Positions 37,601-52,600 of a stretch of 64,000 nucleotides of DNA are shown piece by piece (positions within the stretch are counted from its first letter, which is position 1; each line of letters opens with the position of its first letter). The DNA is from Phoronis australis (taxonomy: Eukaryota > Animalia > Phoronida). The DNA is taken from NCBI GenBank assembly GCA_002633005.1, contig NMRA01000485.1, forward strand, positions 58,279 to 122,278. The letters are read 5' to 3'. The notes beneath the pieces are model-generated. The model was not told the origin of the DNA and searched no databases. It saw nothing but the letters and a program-made list of their open reading frames with translations. The position numbers and the translations under genes were made by a program.

Positions 37601-40600
37601 TTTGAATACTGAAACACCTGCCCTCACCAACTGTTTAGGACATCACAGCTTGCCATCAACACATTTTGTAACAGATAGTCATTATTAGCAAGCACAGTTG
37701 GAATTATGAGTTGTAAAAAATTAGTGCCTCGTGTTACGCCAAATTGAAATTCCCAACAAATCACTCCCAACTGCCTCTGAAAAGGCCAATTGTGCTGTCA
37801 AAACCAGGCCAATAACTTGGTAAACGATTATTTTTCTTTTGAGAATGAGGTTGTACAAGGCACAACATCATTGCTATTTAGTATCGACTTCAGATTCAAG
37901 CCAGCCATTAACACAGAAACATCGTAATATGGCTGAAATCGCACGGATGTCATTATACTTCAGTAATCTTGCAAAGTGTTGTGTCAGGTTCGAATCCCCA
38001 TGGAAGCTGTGCTCTCAGGAATGTTGCGTCTGACGTCCACAACGCACTTTTCTCTGTGCTAACATTTTGACGTTGTGCCAAACATAATCATCCACATTTT
38101 CCAGGCAGTTTGAAAGTGAATAGATTATGATGCCATTAAAAGGACATAATCGTATATTTTTACAGACGAAAAACACATTTTGGAAATATTGTTGGATGGG
38201 ATAGAGTTCGTGAAGTTGTTAGCTTAGACTAGGACTGGAAAACAAACCAAATCCACTGGGTTTCTTTGATTTTATTACAAATCGCTGATTCTCTTCGCTG
38301 TCTGCAGGACATTCGCTTGAATCAGGGCCAATGATTTAACAGTTAAATAATGAACTTTTTCTATCCCAGCATGGATTCGAACCTGAAACTTTCGCTGTCA
38401 CAGTCAAACGCACTGCTGGCGAAGCCAAATCCTGCTCGAAAAATGTTTTAACAGATCTCAGAGAAATCAAACTTCTCGCAGATAATGTCACCTTAAAAAC
38501 TTACCCTTCCATTCATATCAACACCCACTTCCGATTTAACGACAACCATGAATTTTCAAAACATTTTTCACTTTTGAATGTCTGCATTTCTGCTCTATAA
38601 CTTATGCACTCCTATGAAAATTTAGCATATAAATAAAACTACAGAAATCTTAGCATATAAATAAAATTACAGAAATCTTAGCAAAAAATAAAACTACAGA
38701 AATCTTAGCAGGCAAATAAAACTACAGAAATCTTAGCAGACAAATAAAACTACAGAAATCTTAGCAGACAAATAAAACTACAGAAATCTTAGCATACAAA
38801 TAAGACTACAGAAATCTTAGCAAACAAATAAAACTACAAAAATCTTAGCATATAAATAAAACTACAGAAACCTTAGCATATAAATAGAACTACAGAAATC
38901 TTAGCATATATAAATAGAACTACAGAAATCTTAGCATATATAAATAAAACTACAGAAATCTTAGCATATATAAAAAAAATACAGAAATCTTAGCACATAA
39001 ATCATTCATGGAAAAATTCTTAACAAATGCCAACCTCCCTCTCCTTCCTTCTTCACTCACCTCCTTCCTGCCCCTCTCTCCACCTCCCTTCCTTCCCACA
39101 TCCCTCCCTCCCCTCCTCCCTTCCCTCCCCTCCTCCCTTCCCTTCCCTCCCTTTCCCCATCCTTTCCCCCACCGTTATCAACCGTTCTTTCCCGAAAACA
39201 GCAAAAGGCCAGTCACAAGGGCTTAAGTAAGGCTACTCCCTCTGTTGCCCATTTTAATCAACTCACCCGTGCCTCCCACTCCATACCGATCAAAGCAACA
39301 CAGAGTAGAGCGATGATAGTCACAATCCCAATAATGCGGACGTCATTAACTTCGTCAAAGATTAAAGCATCAAAATCCTGAAATAACAGCACCAAATTGT
39401 CGTCCAGATTACAATAAATCACCTCAACACAAAATATCACACCGTATGCCAGTGAACTGAAATAATTTCTTGTCCAAAATCCCAACAAAGGTTAACTTGC
39501 CATAAAACTGCTGAGTACCAGCCAGATACCCGTCAATGAATCCGAAAGATTTTCAATCAGCCAGCACCACAATCTATTTGGCAAGTCAGATCCAGTCCTA
39601 ATCTTGATGCGTATAGTCTTCAGCAGCATGGTGATTTGCCAGAGTTCCTCTGAACTCCCCTCAGTATTTCTCTATACACTTAATATTTACCACAGCACAA
39701 CATGAACGCCAAGTGCACTTCACAATCTGAACTTAAACTACATCTCAAGATACTAATAATATTCAAATTTATTCTCACTAGGCCTGAGCTGCGCAATAGA
39801 TGATAGAATTTCTTCAACTCAAAGTGTGCTGAAATTCACAATTTTGCTGAAAACAAAAAAAAACAGCAAGCAATGCAATGCCACAAGCGGATTTAAGGGG
39901 CCCGCCGTGGTCGCAGACAACACCTCCCTTATGGACAACAAAAACCCCTGTATAATATTTTTGGGACCATTTTCCTTCAAAAACTGTGGTTGGTCCCTCC
40001 TTATGACACCCTAGATCTGCAACCGGAATACCTGATTGCAAAATACTCACTGTACGTAAAACACCCTGCTATTTTACTGGTAAAAAATAAAGCAAAAGCA
40101 ATGGAGCTATCTTTAATTAAACTGCTGTTAAAACTGACTGGGATTCTTGTATTGAGTAAACATACCTTCATTATGTCCCGGATGGTTTCTGCAAAACCCA
40201 CCACGTACATGGCTACAGCAACTGCATTAGCTACAGAGAATATGAGGCCGATGGCACCACCAAATTCGGGACCAAGGCTGCGTGAGATCATGTAGTAGGC
40301 GCCACCTAGGGGATTAAATCAGGTATTGTCATAGAATATGCGAATGTTTAGTGATGACGTTATCTACCACTATTATGACGCGATTTGGACCCACAAATAG
40401 GAAAAAATACAATCACATTGCATTTTCAAATATTTTTTCCGATTCAAGTAACCATGGGGGGCAATTTAGCAACTGAAATGCTCACAAATGTGTTTGGATA
40501 AATCAGTGTGCTCCGACAATGGTTGCTCACATTGTATGCTACTGCAGAGTTGAGATGGATTAAGTGAATTTTTAGCACTCATTTTTGTCCGAGATAGGTG

Positions 40601-43600
40601 AGGTTTTATGTTAAATGCTTTCAAATTGCAGAATACAACTTCAAGTTGTATATAAAACTAAGAAAACGAAGTTCTAATGTTATTGTAATATCGACGCCCC
40701 ATAGCAGAGCCATCTTCGACAACCATTGGCATTGTTTTGGTTTGCGTTTCTGGGTGGAACCCTTCTTATTTTCTATACATAGAGTTGGTGTTCCTAATTA
40801 CTAGATTTGGAAAAATTTTCAGTCACAACTTCTAGAACTTACTGTAAAATAATTTCCTCGACCCACACACCAATTGACAAGCTCAGGAGTTGTTTAGTGC
40901 ACCTCAAGGACAAACATAATTGTGTTGATGTCAGTGGAGTGGTGTATCACATTTTGTGAGATTGGTATGAATGTGATGAATGTGAAGATTCATGGATTGG
41001 TGAGACTGAACACCAGAACAGAACGCACCGGAACGCAAATGCCAATGGCTTAAACTCTACAGTATTTGATTACCTACAGTAGGTGACATGTGACACTCGC
41101 GGATGTGAAGGTACTGGACAGAGAGAATTCCTGGTCTGAGCGAAGTGTGAGATAGGTCTGGGTTGAGGTCAATAAACCCTCTCTGAATAAACACGGAGGG
41201 GTCAGATTTAAGGTGTGTGACTGTCTAGGAACACTAGCAGAGTGCGACAAAATTTTTGTAGGAACCAGTCAGTTATCAATCTCCAGTAGATGGTGCAAAG
41301 CAGCTCTGCAATATTACACGTATTACAGTACGCTTCAGGAGTTGTGATTAATAATTTTTTCATATCTAGTTATTCACCTGGATGAATGATAGTGTCCATC
41401 ATTCCTAATCACACACTATAACATATTGGAGCAAATGGTCTGCATAAGAAATTACACTGGTATCTAGTGAACAGGAACGCTATCTGTTTGCTCACCTCCT
41501 CTGACCTCTCCGTTGGTGCATATAGCTGACATGGACAACGATGTGATAACAGTGACAACAGTGGCTAATAAGATGATAACAGAGGTCAGGCCAATACCGG
41601 CAGCTCCCACGACCCAGGAGAGGCGTAGGAACAGCATGACCCCCCAGATGTTGAGAAGACATCGTACCTGTAGGAAGTGAATGGAAACCATGTTAAGTTG
41701 ACAAGAATAATGTACAGTGGATACAGGCCTTTATGCAGCGTACGTCCTGGGCGTCCAAGTGGATGCCCTAGCACTAATACGGATGCCCTGGCAAGGACGC
41801 CCAATGTATCATTTGGACACCCACTATCAATAGGAACCTTTGTTTTGTAAACTTAGATGTAAAAAACCTTGGTCTATGCATTTTTTATAAAAAAATCTGT
41901 GTGTTTGGGGGGATTGCTGGGGGTGGGGGGTTACGCGTTAGAATCATGGACGCCCTGGAATACTGGGAACACCATTTTGGACACCTTTTTTTCGGAATCC
42001 TGGATAAAGGCCTGAGCAGATATGATATGGAACCTATAGCAAATTAATAAAATAAAATAAAATAAATGTACAGTGGATATGATAATGTCTAAGAGACATG
42101 GAACCTATAGCAAATTAAGAATAATGTACAGTAGATGTGACAATGTCTAAGAGACATGGAACCTATAGCAAATTAAGAATAATGTACAGTGGATATGACA
42201 ATGTCCATGGTACATCATGGACATGTATAGTTAAGACATGACAAGATCATAATGTATGGAATATCAATATAAGATTGTAAAAATAGATAGTTCATAATTT
42301 TATCTGTAAATTCTTTTTTGAACATTAAAAACTTCCAAGAAGACGGTACTTGTTCAGCTGAGACATTAGAATATCTTTTGGAATTGGTAAAATATTTTGG
42401 ATAGATCTTAACCGCAATGTTATAGGCAAGTGTACCAGTCGACATGTGAACATCCTCTCCAGTAGTTTTTGTATAAATTAGCGAAGTGGAACTGCTACCC
42501 AATATTACGTTACTATTGGGGGACTATTTATAATTATAATAAATGTGCGAAATAAATAACAAATTTACCACATCACCGTCTCTCATTAAACCAAACTTCT
42601 ATATTCTAGAAGTCAAAATGAGAAATAAAACCTAAAATTTCATCAATTGTGAAAAAAATAATTGCCAAAATTGCACTTCTTGCATTTTTCAAGGGCTTCT
42701 AACGTGTGAATGCCCATACTGTTTTCAAAGTATTGTCTGTAAGTAACTATAGTGCAGTTGGTGTGAAAAAAATGGGAAAATAAAATTTCTCCTGACTGTC
42801 CTAAATTGGTAAGATTGGACTGCAGTGTTACCTAATGGTTACATAAAGAATTGTTCAATAGCACAATTTGTAAATTTCACACATTAATTAAAACGGCTAA
42901 ACTCACTTTCCATCACAAAAACCAACCTTTGATTAAAAGTTGAGGTTTGGGATTTTAGCTTGAGCAATAGCGCCAAACAAAATTTGATCATGTTATTGAT
43001 ACACTGGGGTTTTGCTAGAAATTACTAAATTTTAGAAAGACACGGTCACGTGACTGAACTAGTGGTAGATTGGTTAAAAAATCAAAAATCAATTTCTACA
43101 GACTTTATGCTTTTTGAAAATATTACTTCTGGTGATTTAAAATCTATAGCTTTAAAATAATCACTTCTTGTTTTCTGTGGTTTTAGTGTGGTCAGGTATA
43201 GCTTGCATGAGTTACTTCGTTATTTTAGGTCTAATAAACCAGTCTATTCTTATTCATGCAACTTACTTTGAGGTTGGTCACCTTTAGACCTCCCCATGAA
43301 ATGCTCAAAATAACTACAGCGTAATTACCAAAGTGACAAGCTCATCAAGACACAAAGTCAACTGGTGCAGTGGAACTTTTTTTATTCCTACACTGCGCAG
43401 CTTGGAAAGCATAATTAAAATTATTATTCGATTTCATGTTGAGCTCACCGATTTTGTTCGTGAGCTGCAAAAATTAGAACTGCCTAAGAAACATCTCAAC
43501 AGCTTATGACTTTATTAAAACTACGTAGGTAAGAAATTCATAGTTAACGACACAGCTATCACAGTGCACTTGATGCAAATTTATCAAACTTTACCCGGGT

Positions 43601-46600
43601 ACTGTAAACATCTGCAATAGTTTGAAAAAGAGGCTGTCGGTAGACAAACCTTCCCGTGCAACAAAATTACACCAAGTGATTTACCAGACATTGGCCTGAA
43701 ATTCTTCTAATCGCCTCCTTAGCATTCACACTTTCATGTCCATTTAATAAAAATAAACCAAAAAGGTCACTCAGATTATCTTTAATAGGACTTTACACTG
43801 TACCCTCAGATTAGTCCACCACAAGCACGTCTCAGGTAACTGAACTTAAGATCTACTCCATCTGACCTAAGTTAGCCGGAGCAAAACCAAGACCCATTAA
43901 AAAGTGTGTAAGGTTATGCCAGGAATGAAGCAAGTTGTGAAATAAGACTGGTCCTGGATAAAAAACTGAAGAATGTCTGTAACCACCAATGTTATTACAA
44001 TTGAAGGTGTGGTCAAGGCAGCAGCACATGAGGGGTGAGTAGCATTTCCTCAACCATGGAAAATTGTGAATTAAGAATTTGCACGTGAACAAGATTTGAT
44101 GTAGGAGTGGACTAAACATTCCCATAACCTCATTTTTTACAAACCAGGTCAATCAGTTGAGTGAGTCTAATCAGATGCAATGCAAAGCAAAATCTCTGAC
44201 AGTAAAAAACAGCCAGGTTACGATTTTGAAACATTTCTCCACAAAATAAAGAATTGGTTGAATACACGACATGTGTCATTATTAACAATCCTTATTCCAT
44301 TCTGCTCCTATCCTCGGAACAGGAATTTTGCATATCGGAAAACTTGCTCCCGAAGTACAGCCAAAATAAAGAGTAAGAACATTTTAGTTCATTACAAGCA
44401 TGGTTTGAAGAGTGTGTACTGTAGATGTCACGAAACAACATTTTCTAAAGTCCTCTTATTTGCAATTAATGATACTGGGACACTAAATAACAGATAATAA
44501 TTATTTCAGCAATTATTTTTGTACAAAATAACCGTAGATTGTTCAGGCTCAGAGCTATAATGTGAAACTGTAAACACGGGGCATTAACAAATTTACCACT
44601 GTGACTGCACTATGCCTTAAATGTACTTATGTCAGTATCTTATTTTTGTAACTGGTATTTTTAACTGTAAATTAGTTATTTTAAAATACAAAAATCATCA
44701 CTCCCTCATAATTAGAGCCTTCTGCTGGCACACAACTGCCGGCAGATAATTGCGAAAGGAAAAAGCAAAATTCCGATAGCAAAAGTACATGTTTTCTTAT
44801 ATGTGCAAAACTAACTCAGCTGCTTGACATAAGGTTAGGAAAAAAATTCTACATCCAACAGTTTAAATCAGCTTCCGAAGTGTTATCCAGTCTGTTTGAG
44901 AATGTAGCTTACCCTACGATACCCAGGGAAAAGCCTTTTGGGCTTGTTTTACGAAACTTGAGGTGATATGATCGTGTTCTTGAACAGTGACTATGGAAAT
45001 AGACACTACATTATTACACTTAGTAACTTCATTATGAAAATACTACAAAGCAGATGTCAGGCACACCTCAGTATGAAGAAAATAAACGATGGTTGGATTG
45101 AGACATAATGACGAGACACTTTAAAGTTTTAGCAACCCTAATGAGACCTTTTTGAAAAGTACTGCGTCTTGGATGGTTAGTCACAAGCTGACATCTCAAT
45201 GTCAGTCACTGATGTTGTTCAATGGACGTGCAGTGAGTGCATGGGTCTCTTGTTGGGCCATTTACATCACTTTCCATTGTTTTGTGGATCAGTAAATTCG
45301 GGGGAAGTGAATAGTAATTACCAACAAAAGATGTCTGTCCAAGTTAGCCAGGGATTCATATTTGCACTAGAGGTGACTAGAAAAAAACGGTTGCTTTCCC
45401 CTTAATTAGGGGAACCTCAAAGCTCAACAAACTGAAACGGGTGTTTTCAATGACAAAATCTCAATTTATCTAATCTGCTCACCATAGCAGAGGTCAACAC
45501 CATTCCTGTAAACCGATTAAAACTACACACCCTTCTGTTTAGCACTCAGAAAAACGAGGCGACAAATACCACAACGGTCTCCTTTTAGCCATCAAGGATT
45601 TTATTTCTATAGCCATGAAAGGCATGCAAAGGGTTTACAATTTAGTGCACCAATTTCAGAAAATCATTAACTCAATCTAAAATTAAATTGCTTGGGTTCG
45701 ATTGCAGTTCACATCTCAATATCAGCTGCATGATGTTATTGTTTTTATTTATTTAATGTGATATCTGAAATGAGGGTGGCCTCTTCAGTGACAGCATTGC
45801 TTTCCAAGAGGTCCCTCAACAACTAAATATAAAACAGTAACATACCGGTAATACATTAAAGTAATAAAAAACAGATACAATTAGAACAGGTTGAGAAGAC
45901 AAAGGATGATGAAAATTGGTTTAAGAGAGATGAATTAAATAAAGAGATGATACTAGTCTATACAGTGAGAGTATTTTCAACAATGAAATACGAAAACCAG
46001 TTCAGTTTGACGCAGGCTTTAGAAGCAACTGAATTCTACACCCTTTAGAACAAGAATGTTGACAACAACTGGCGCACTACCAGGAATTTCTGTCAACAAT
46101 CCCTCCCAGATATACACCTGACTTAGAAGAGGTGATAATTAGGCTAAACTGGTGGTCATTTATTTTTCTATTATTTGTAAACAAAAAGAAACACAGAAGT
46201 AATGCCCCAGAAAATAAATTACTACAGGTTTTCACCAAGAACATCATACTAAAGCCACCAGCAGACTGGAAGCCTGTTGTAAGAAAAACCCAATAAGCCT
46301 TCAGTTATGAGTCCTGAGTGGACTGTCTAGCCTGTGGATGCGGTCTCCAATGAGTACTGAGTGGACTGTCTAGCCTGTGAATGCAGTCTCCAATGAGTCC
46401 TGAGTGGATTGTCTAGCCTGTGAATAGGGTCTCCACACACCTACTGGATCACAAACCACAGCACTAGGGCTACCTGCTGTGTGCTTGGGAGGTTTGGCAC
46501 AGCACCACAGCAAGGTTGTGTAGGACCTTAAGTCAAACATTTAAAAACTAACAAAAATCAGCTTCATAAAGTACATATTTCTTAATAGTAGAAATCTTGA

Positions 46601-49600
46601 TGTAGACTTTGATTTCAACATGATTAATGGCTTTTTAGTAAAACTAGCATAATGGAAGGAGCATCCCTGTTACACGTTTTATTTGAAATAAGTTTTTAAG
46701 ATGAAATCTGAGAAATGCTGCAACACTTTTCTACAATATCACTTCACTTTGGTTTTATGTAACTTGTGACTTGTTCATGAAAATCCTAAAAGTGTTATTT
46801 TGATGGCCCTCAAGCAGAGTCGTTTCAAGAGCAATTCCAAGCATTTTGTAAAACAGCGCATGTTAAGCACAGCATGGTAAAGTTTAGAACAACCAGTTCT
46901 TAGATATGACGTTTCAAACTTCAATGCAAGTCTCTCCTAGCCAATAATTATTCCAAAATCTTTTGATCAGGTCTAAACTTTTGATACTTCCAATCAAAAA
47001 ATCTCACAAATAGGTATCTCAACTAAAATGCTCGCTTCAAACACAATTAGTTTAAATTTGTAGTTCAAGGTAACTAACAAATAATTATTAAATGCTTCCG
47101 CAGAATCATCTTTTCTTAACGGAAACTTTTGTGCAGGTAATTTTCCATGGCTTAATTAGCCCTTTCCAAGAAACGGAGTACATAAAGGTTAATTACAAGA
47201 GCTAAGAAAAGACTGGTTTCTGCAGGGAACAACAAAACAATACTCCAATTTAACTTGCAAAAATAAATGCCAAGTATAACGGTGGCAAAAACAGAACAAA
47301 CACAACCTGTGCAGATTCTGTGACGTAACATTACGGAAATGTAAAAGAACGAACACCATACTAACCGCATAAGGTAACAAGTAATGGCAAAACACATTGG
47401 CCTAGCAAGCAATTGAATGAGACAGTAATCATGGGCAATACTGCTGAGGCTCTTTTAACATACCTTATGCATCCAACAAGACCGTTTCCACCTCTAGTAA
47501 CCATGTTAACCATGTTTAAAATGAGAGAGACTACAAACTCCAAATTTGGACAGCCCCTTAAATTTGGGACAATAAAATCCAAGATGAACTTGAATTTTGC
47601 CGATTCCGAAATATTGGACACCGATGATTTTTGCTTTAATCATATCTCAGATCAGTAGGCCTGATATTACACTTCTCAGATTTCAGATACTGCGCATTTG
47701 GGTAATAGGGTCGTATAAGGTAAATAATGGAAAACCTGGGTAAATGGGTCCTCTGTCCTGTAATTTTTAAACATGGGAATGCAAATATTGTGAATTTTTA
47801 ATAGTACGTACAAGCTATTACTTTAATCAAATAATCATTTTTCACTGTTACAAAATAGAGAATGTTCACACCAGGTAAGACTCGAGTAATTATAAACACA
47901 TCCAACAGTTGGCGAGAACTTTGTAATAAACTGCACAGTTATAATCTGAAGTATCGAAAGTGGAACATCTTGCCTATCTAAAGAGCCATACGCACACAGA
48001 CTTACACTAGAACAAGTTCCTCCTGAAAAAAGGTGTCGCTAGCTTTAGAGGCTGTGTGGATGCTATTCAAATTAGTGCAACTTACTTAAATTGTGACAAC
48101 TTAACCCACCTTACCGAGGTGGGGTAATTTGTTGTAGGATAACTTGCGCCACTTCTAATTCCTCTGTGGCCGCAAACCTGGGGCAAGGCAGATGTAATTA
48201 TCAGCTGACAGGTTTTCTTTTGCACGCCATAATGCATTAGGTGTTCATTGTCAGGCAGAACGACAACTTCCGAGCTACCCTAGTTATCGGATATGTAAGT
48301 GTGTGGACGCTCAACTTAAAAGTGGGGTAAGCTGCACTGGTGCAAATTGTTCTACAGTAGGCTTTGTGTGGACAGGACCCAGAGAGAATTCGTTAAGCAG
48401 TTGGCCTAGAAAAGGCAAGTTTCTATAAAAATAGTGTTAATTCACGATATTCCTTGCTCAAATACGTTAACTAAATGTACAGTTCACACCAAACCAATTT
48501 AAAGTTTACAATTCTTAGAATGGACACTTTAAACCACTTTTAAAAGCTGTAGCTGAGGTGTGGTTATAACACACAGTAAGGGTGGTTAACGAGAGGTTAC
48601 AATCATTTGACTCCAGGTGAACAAGGTGGTTGCAAAGCTATAACTCATTAGGTGGCGCTGGTGTCAAACCTCGTTAAAACCAATGTTGCACCGAGCACTG
48701 CTGGGGTGACTAGGAAAGCCATAGCATTGATGACTAGTGACTAAAACTACAAACCAGGGTTACTACAGTTTTAACTACAAGATTCCATGACAATTTCAAC
48801 AACTGTTAAGTAGAATGAGGCACAGCCACTTTAGTTTGCCTGAGCAATAACCATAGATTATAAAGACTCCTGATGCAGGCATTGTTATGTTCGACTATTT
48901 AGCCAGTGCTAGAGAAAATTTGTTTAACTTGATGTTTTGCATTCAAATGTGCTCGTATGTTTGTCACGGCACTTAGGGTCTCTGGCCTGAAATGCAATAA
49001 CGTAGGCTACTATGTAGCAGTCAGCTTTAAACACACAGCCCCNCACAGCCCCCCCCCCCCTCCTCCGGTAGCATTCTGCTGCAAGTGAAGCATTCCTGTG
49101 ATACTCTAATTGTCCTTCAAACAAATGGACTAGCATTCCAAAGGTAAAATATACCAATGAGCCCTGTGCCCATGCAGCAGCATCCCTAATGCCTCAGACA
49201 GCTGTTCACCACGGCTGTTGGTCATCATTATCTGTTGAGCTCTCAACACAGCTAAATTTGTACTGTGAGCTACACCAGGATTTTGTGAACAAATGAATTA
49301 CCCATTGACACAGCTTACTGGGAGCCAATGACCAAAATAGACAACAATAAATAACCAAAGGTGTAATGTTTATCTGTTCCAGCAGACCTATTGGAATGTG
49401 CTCTAGAGGAGCCCAACAGTAAGTTGACTAAGTTGAGTACAATTGAAATTCTCCAGTTCTTGTCTCTAAAATTAGGGACATGGAAATTCCAGCCAAATTT
49501 CCTGCTTCTCAAAGGTGTGAGATCACAGGTGGCGTGCGCCTGGAACCAACAGGAACTAGTAATCAATAAGTGATAATTACGTACCACAGCGCGACAGAAT

Positions 49601-52600
49601 GTGGATAGTAAAAATACAACACATTCGGACAACTACAATAACCAAAATTGCCATTTTTTCATTTTTTCATTAACGGTTCTCAGAAAAGCATTGTTGTGAC
49701 TCGCACCATAATTTCGTCAAATTATTGTCTGATGGTTACGATACTGAAAGAAATTTAAAATCATTGTTAAGGGCTACTTACTATTCATTAAAATACGCAA
49801 AACATTCACTTATCTAGCAAATTGTGTCTCGTTCCCAGTTCACATGTTCGCTAAATAATGCGAACGGTGGCAAGGGTCACTTTCACTGGCGTTTTGAAAA
49901 GGAAATACCACAGTGCACATGGAGAGGTGGGGGAAATTTGCCACATTACTCATTTTTCACATTAAAGTGATTTGGGTGGAGTGGTGATGAAACGAACTAA
50001 CTGCTGGTGGGAACGACCTCTTTGTGGACAGCTCGCCTATCTTGTTTTAACACTAAGCGAAAATACCCACAATGTATCTTGTGAAACTGCTGTCATTTTC
50101 CCCACTCATGTGAACGTAGTAAGACTACCACAGACTGGTCCAACCGAAGATAAAAACGTCATCCAAAGAAAGCTTATAGCAAATGATTTAGAATTAGTGA
50201 AGGAATATTTAAAAGTTGAGATCATCAATTCGCATCACTGCACGAGCTGCACTTTAGACTTGTTCCTCATGTAATTCCGAAGTCCTCTCCCACACCCCGG
50301 TACACATCTTAACCCTAGATACAAGCTAAAGAACCTTCTAGAGCAAACGAAAACGCGCATAATCCTAGGCTTGAACTTAAACGCAATCTTAAGACTGGAA
50401 ACATTTTTAACTTCAAATTACTATTTCCAATTTCGAGCTGCCTACAGAACACTGCTAAATCCATTTCCACGTTCAATTGCAACCAATTTAACTTGATTCA
50501 GTCCATCACAACCACTAAATGATTTTCAGGATTCCACTTGAGGTGGTCGAAAATCTATTAAATCCTGCTTGAAGATGATTATTTGGACAATTTTACCCCC
50601 AAACTAATGAAAGCAGAAAAGATGACAATCCAACTGTGCGAATACATAGTAGAAGTAGTAAATACACTTTATTCACGGTAAGAGAAAAAAATACAATTTA
50701 TACACATTTACGCTTATGGAGACTCCATGAAGGATTCGAAGGGTCCACTGACCACAGAGCCACCAGAGAATAAAAATACAGTGTTACAGACAATCAGAAT
50801 TACACAATTAGGCGATAATGTAATTTAAAACTACTTGTAAAAAGACTAGGAGAGATTATCGAAAATAGTTACACACAAAGCAGTTGGGAATAGTGCACTC
50901 AAGTTCATAAACTTCAAAACAAAATTCACGTTTTTAAAATAATATATAACACAGGATAACGAATGGGTGAAAAATTTTTAGGAAATACCTTTCAGGAAAG
51001 TTATTAATGATATGAGGTAGGGCATTGCGTACTGAATCTTCAGCAAATGAATTAGTACAACGAGGAGTTTGTAGAAGATGTCGTTTCCTTTAGTGTAATG
51101 TTCATGAACAGACCCACGTGTTGTTAAATTGAACGTGTTAAAAATAAAGGTAAGTAATTATGAACATATTTGTAGAAAAATATAATTATAGTAACAACAT
51201 ACAAGTCCTTTATTTTGAATATCTGTGTAGTCTTAAATAAAAGATCCGCATGGGTATTAAGATAGGTAGAGGTAATAGCGCGAATAACATTTTTCTGTAA
51301 TTTGTAACAGTGCCCTGTCCTCGACGGCTGCAACATGAGTCGGACAACCAAAAAAGATAACGACGAACTAAGAAAAAGCAAAAAGAACATAATCACCTCA
51401 ACTGTAAGCCACTAAACAATAGCCTTCTGTTGAAGAGGTGAATTTTTTATTTTAACCACATAATACAACTGGTCTCAATGTTTTTCTCGCTCAGACGAGA
51501 AGTGATTTCTGGGTTGTGTAAAAAATGAACTGTTCGTTACTGTTCTAGATCAAGCTGAGCCCTTAAAATGACACGTAGTGACAAGCCCGCAGCGAAAAGG
51601 CTGGCACCAAGTAATGACAACGTTTCGCTTCTTTCGACGCCCTGATATCGTCGCCTCTTCGATTAAGGAACAGTTTGAGACCAATTTCATAACAGTTGGC
51701 GGTCATAAGTCTACAGTAGTTCTTTGCAATGGAGGGTTCGTCATTGCCATTTTAATAACCATTCCAGTAAGGGACTCCGCAATTATCGTAATCAATTAAA
51801 AAACAAATCGAGCATCCCAATTCCACGATGTTGTAAAGCGGAAACAACAGCAAGCCAATGTGCTTTCTTTTGTTTTACTAATTCTATGTGTATGTATGTG
51901 ACTAGCATTAATAAATTGATAAACTCTATAAAAAACGTAAAAGGTTAATGTCACATCGGTGAAGGACACTGCAATTTTCTAGTTCACAATGATTCTGGTG
52001 AAGCTGAAATAAACACGTCTCCTAATCGTTTTATTAAGTGTTTACTGATTGCTAACACAACATTCCCTAAGGGAAATTATCATTATTATTAAGTGGAACA
52101 GCATTACGTCTTTAAAATTGCTTTTACTTTCCACGCGTTTTTTCTTCCACAAAAAGGGGACGTTAAGTAATTTTTGATGACAAATACTGAATTAATTAAA
52201 AGCGTTACAGCTCGTAAATTAGGTTTTCGTTTACCTGAACTGTCTTCACCTTCCATTAACTTCACAGATATGGACCCTTCGTTGGTCATTACACAGGTTT
52301 TCCACATGGGAAACCAATGTTTTGGCGTTTTATCAAAGTACGTTCGTCTTGCTTTCTTACAGAAAAGAAAACAACATCAAAATGCAGTTCAAATAATAGC
52401 TCTGGACTGAGTAGAGTATCCGGTACCTTGCATGTTGCCTGGAGCGGGTAAATTGTGCTCCACCAGTATTGACCAGAGCCCTCACTCACCTCAAGGAAAG
52501 TTGCCTGTGCCTTCTGAGGGCAATTTTTTGGTTTGGCCACGTCCTGGTCACCAACCTCCGTGATGCCTCAAGTTGCCAAACATAACATTCTCAGAAGTGA

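Noticed and set aside
38620-39000. CRISPR-like array (also 61053-61227 and 15601-15906)
   Set aside because: Head-to-tail units without unique spacers, no cas genes, eukaryotic intron context.
49031-49060. Short acacagcccc duplication around the N at 49043
   Set aside because: Contig overlap at a C homopolymer, an assembly artefact.
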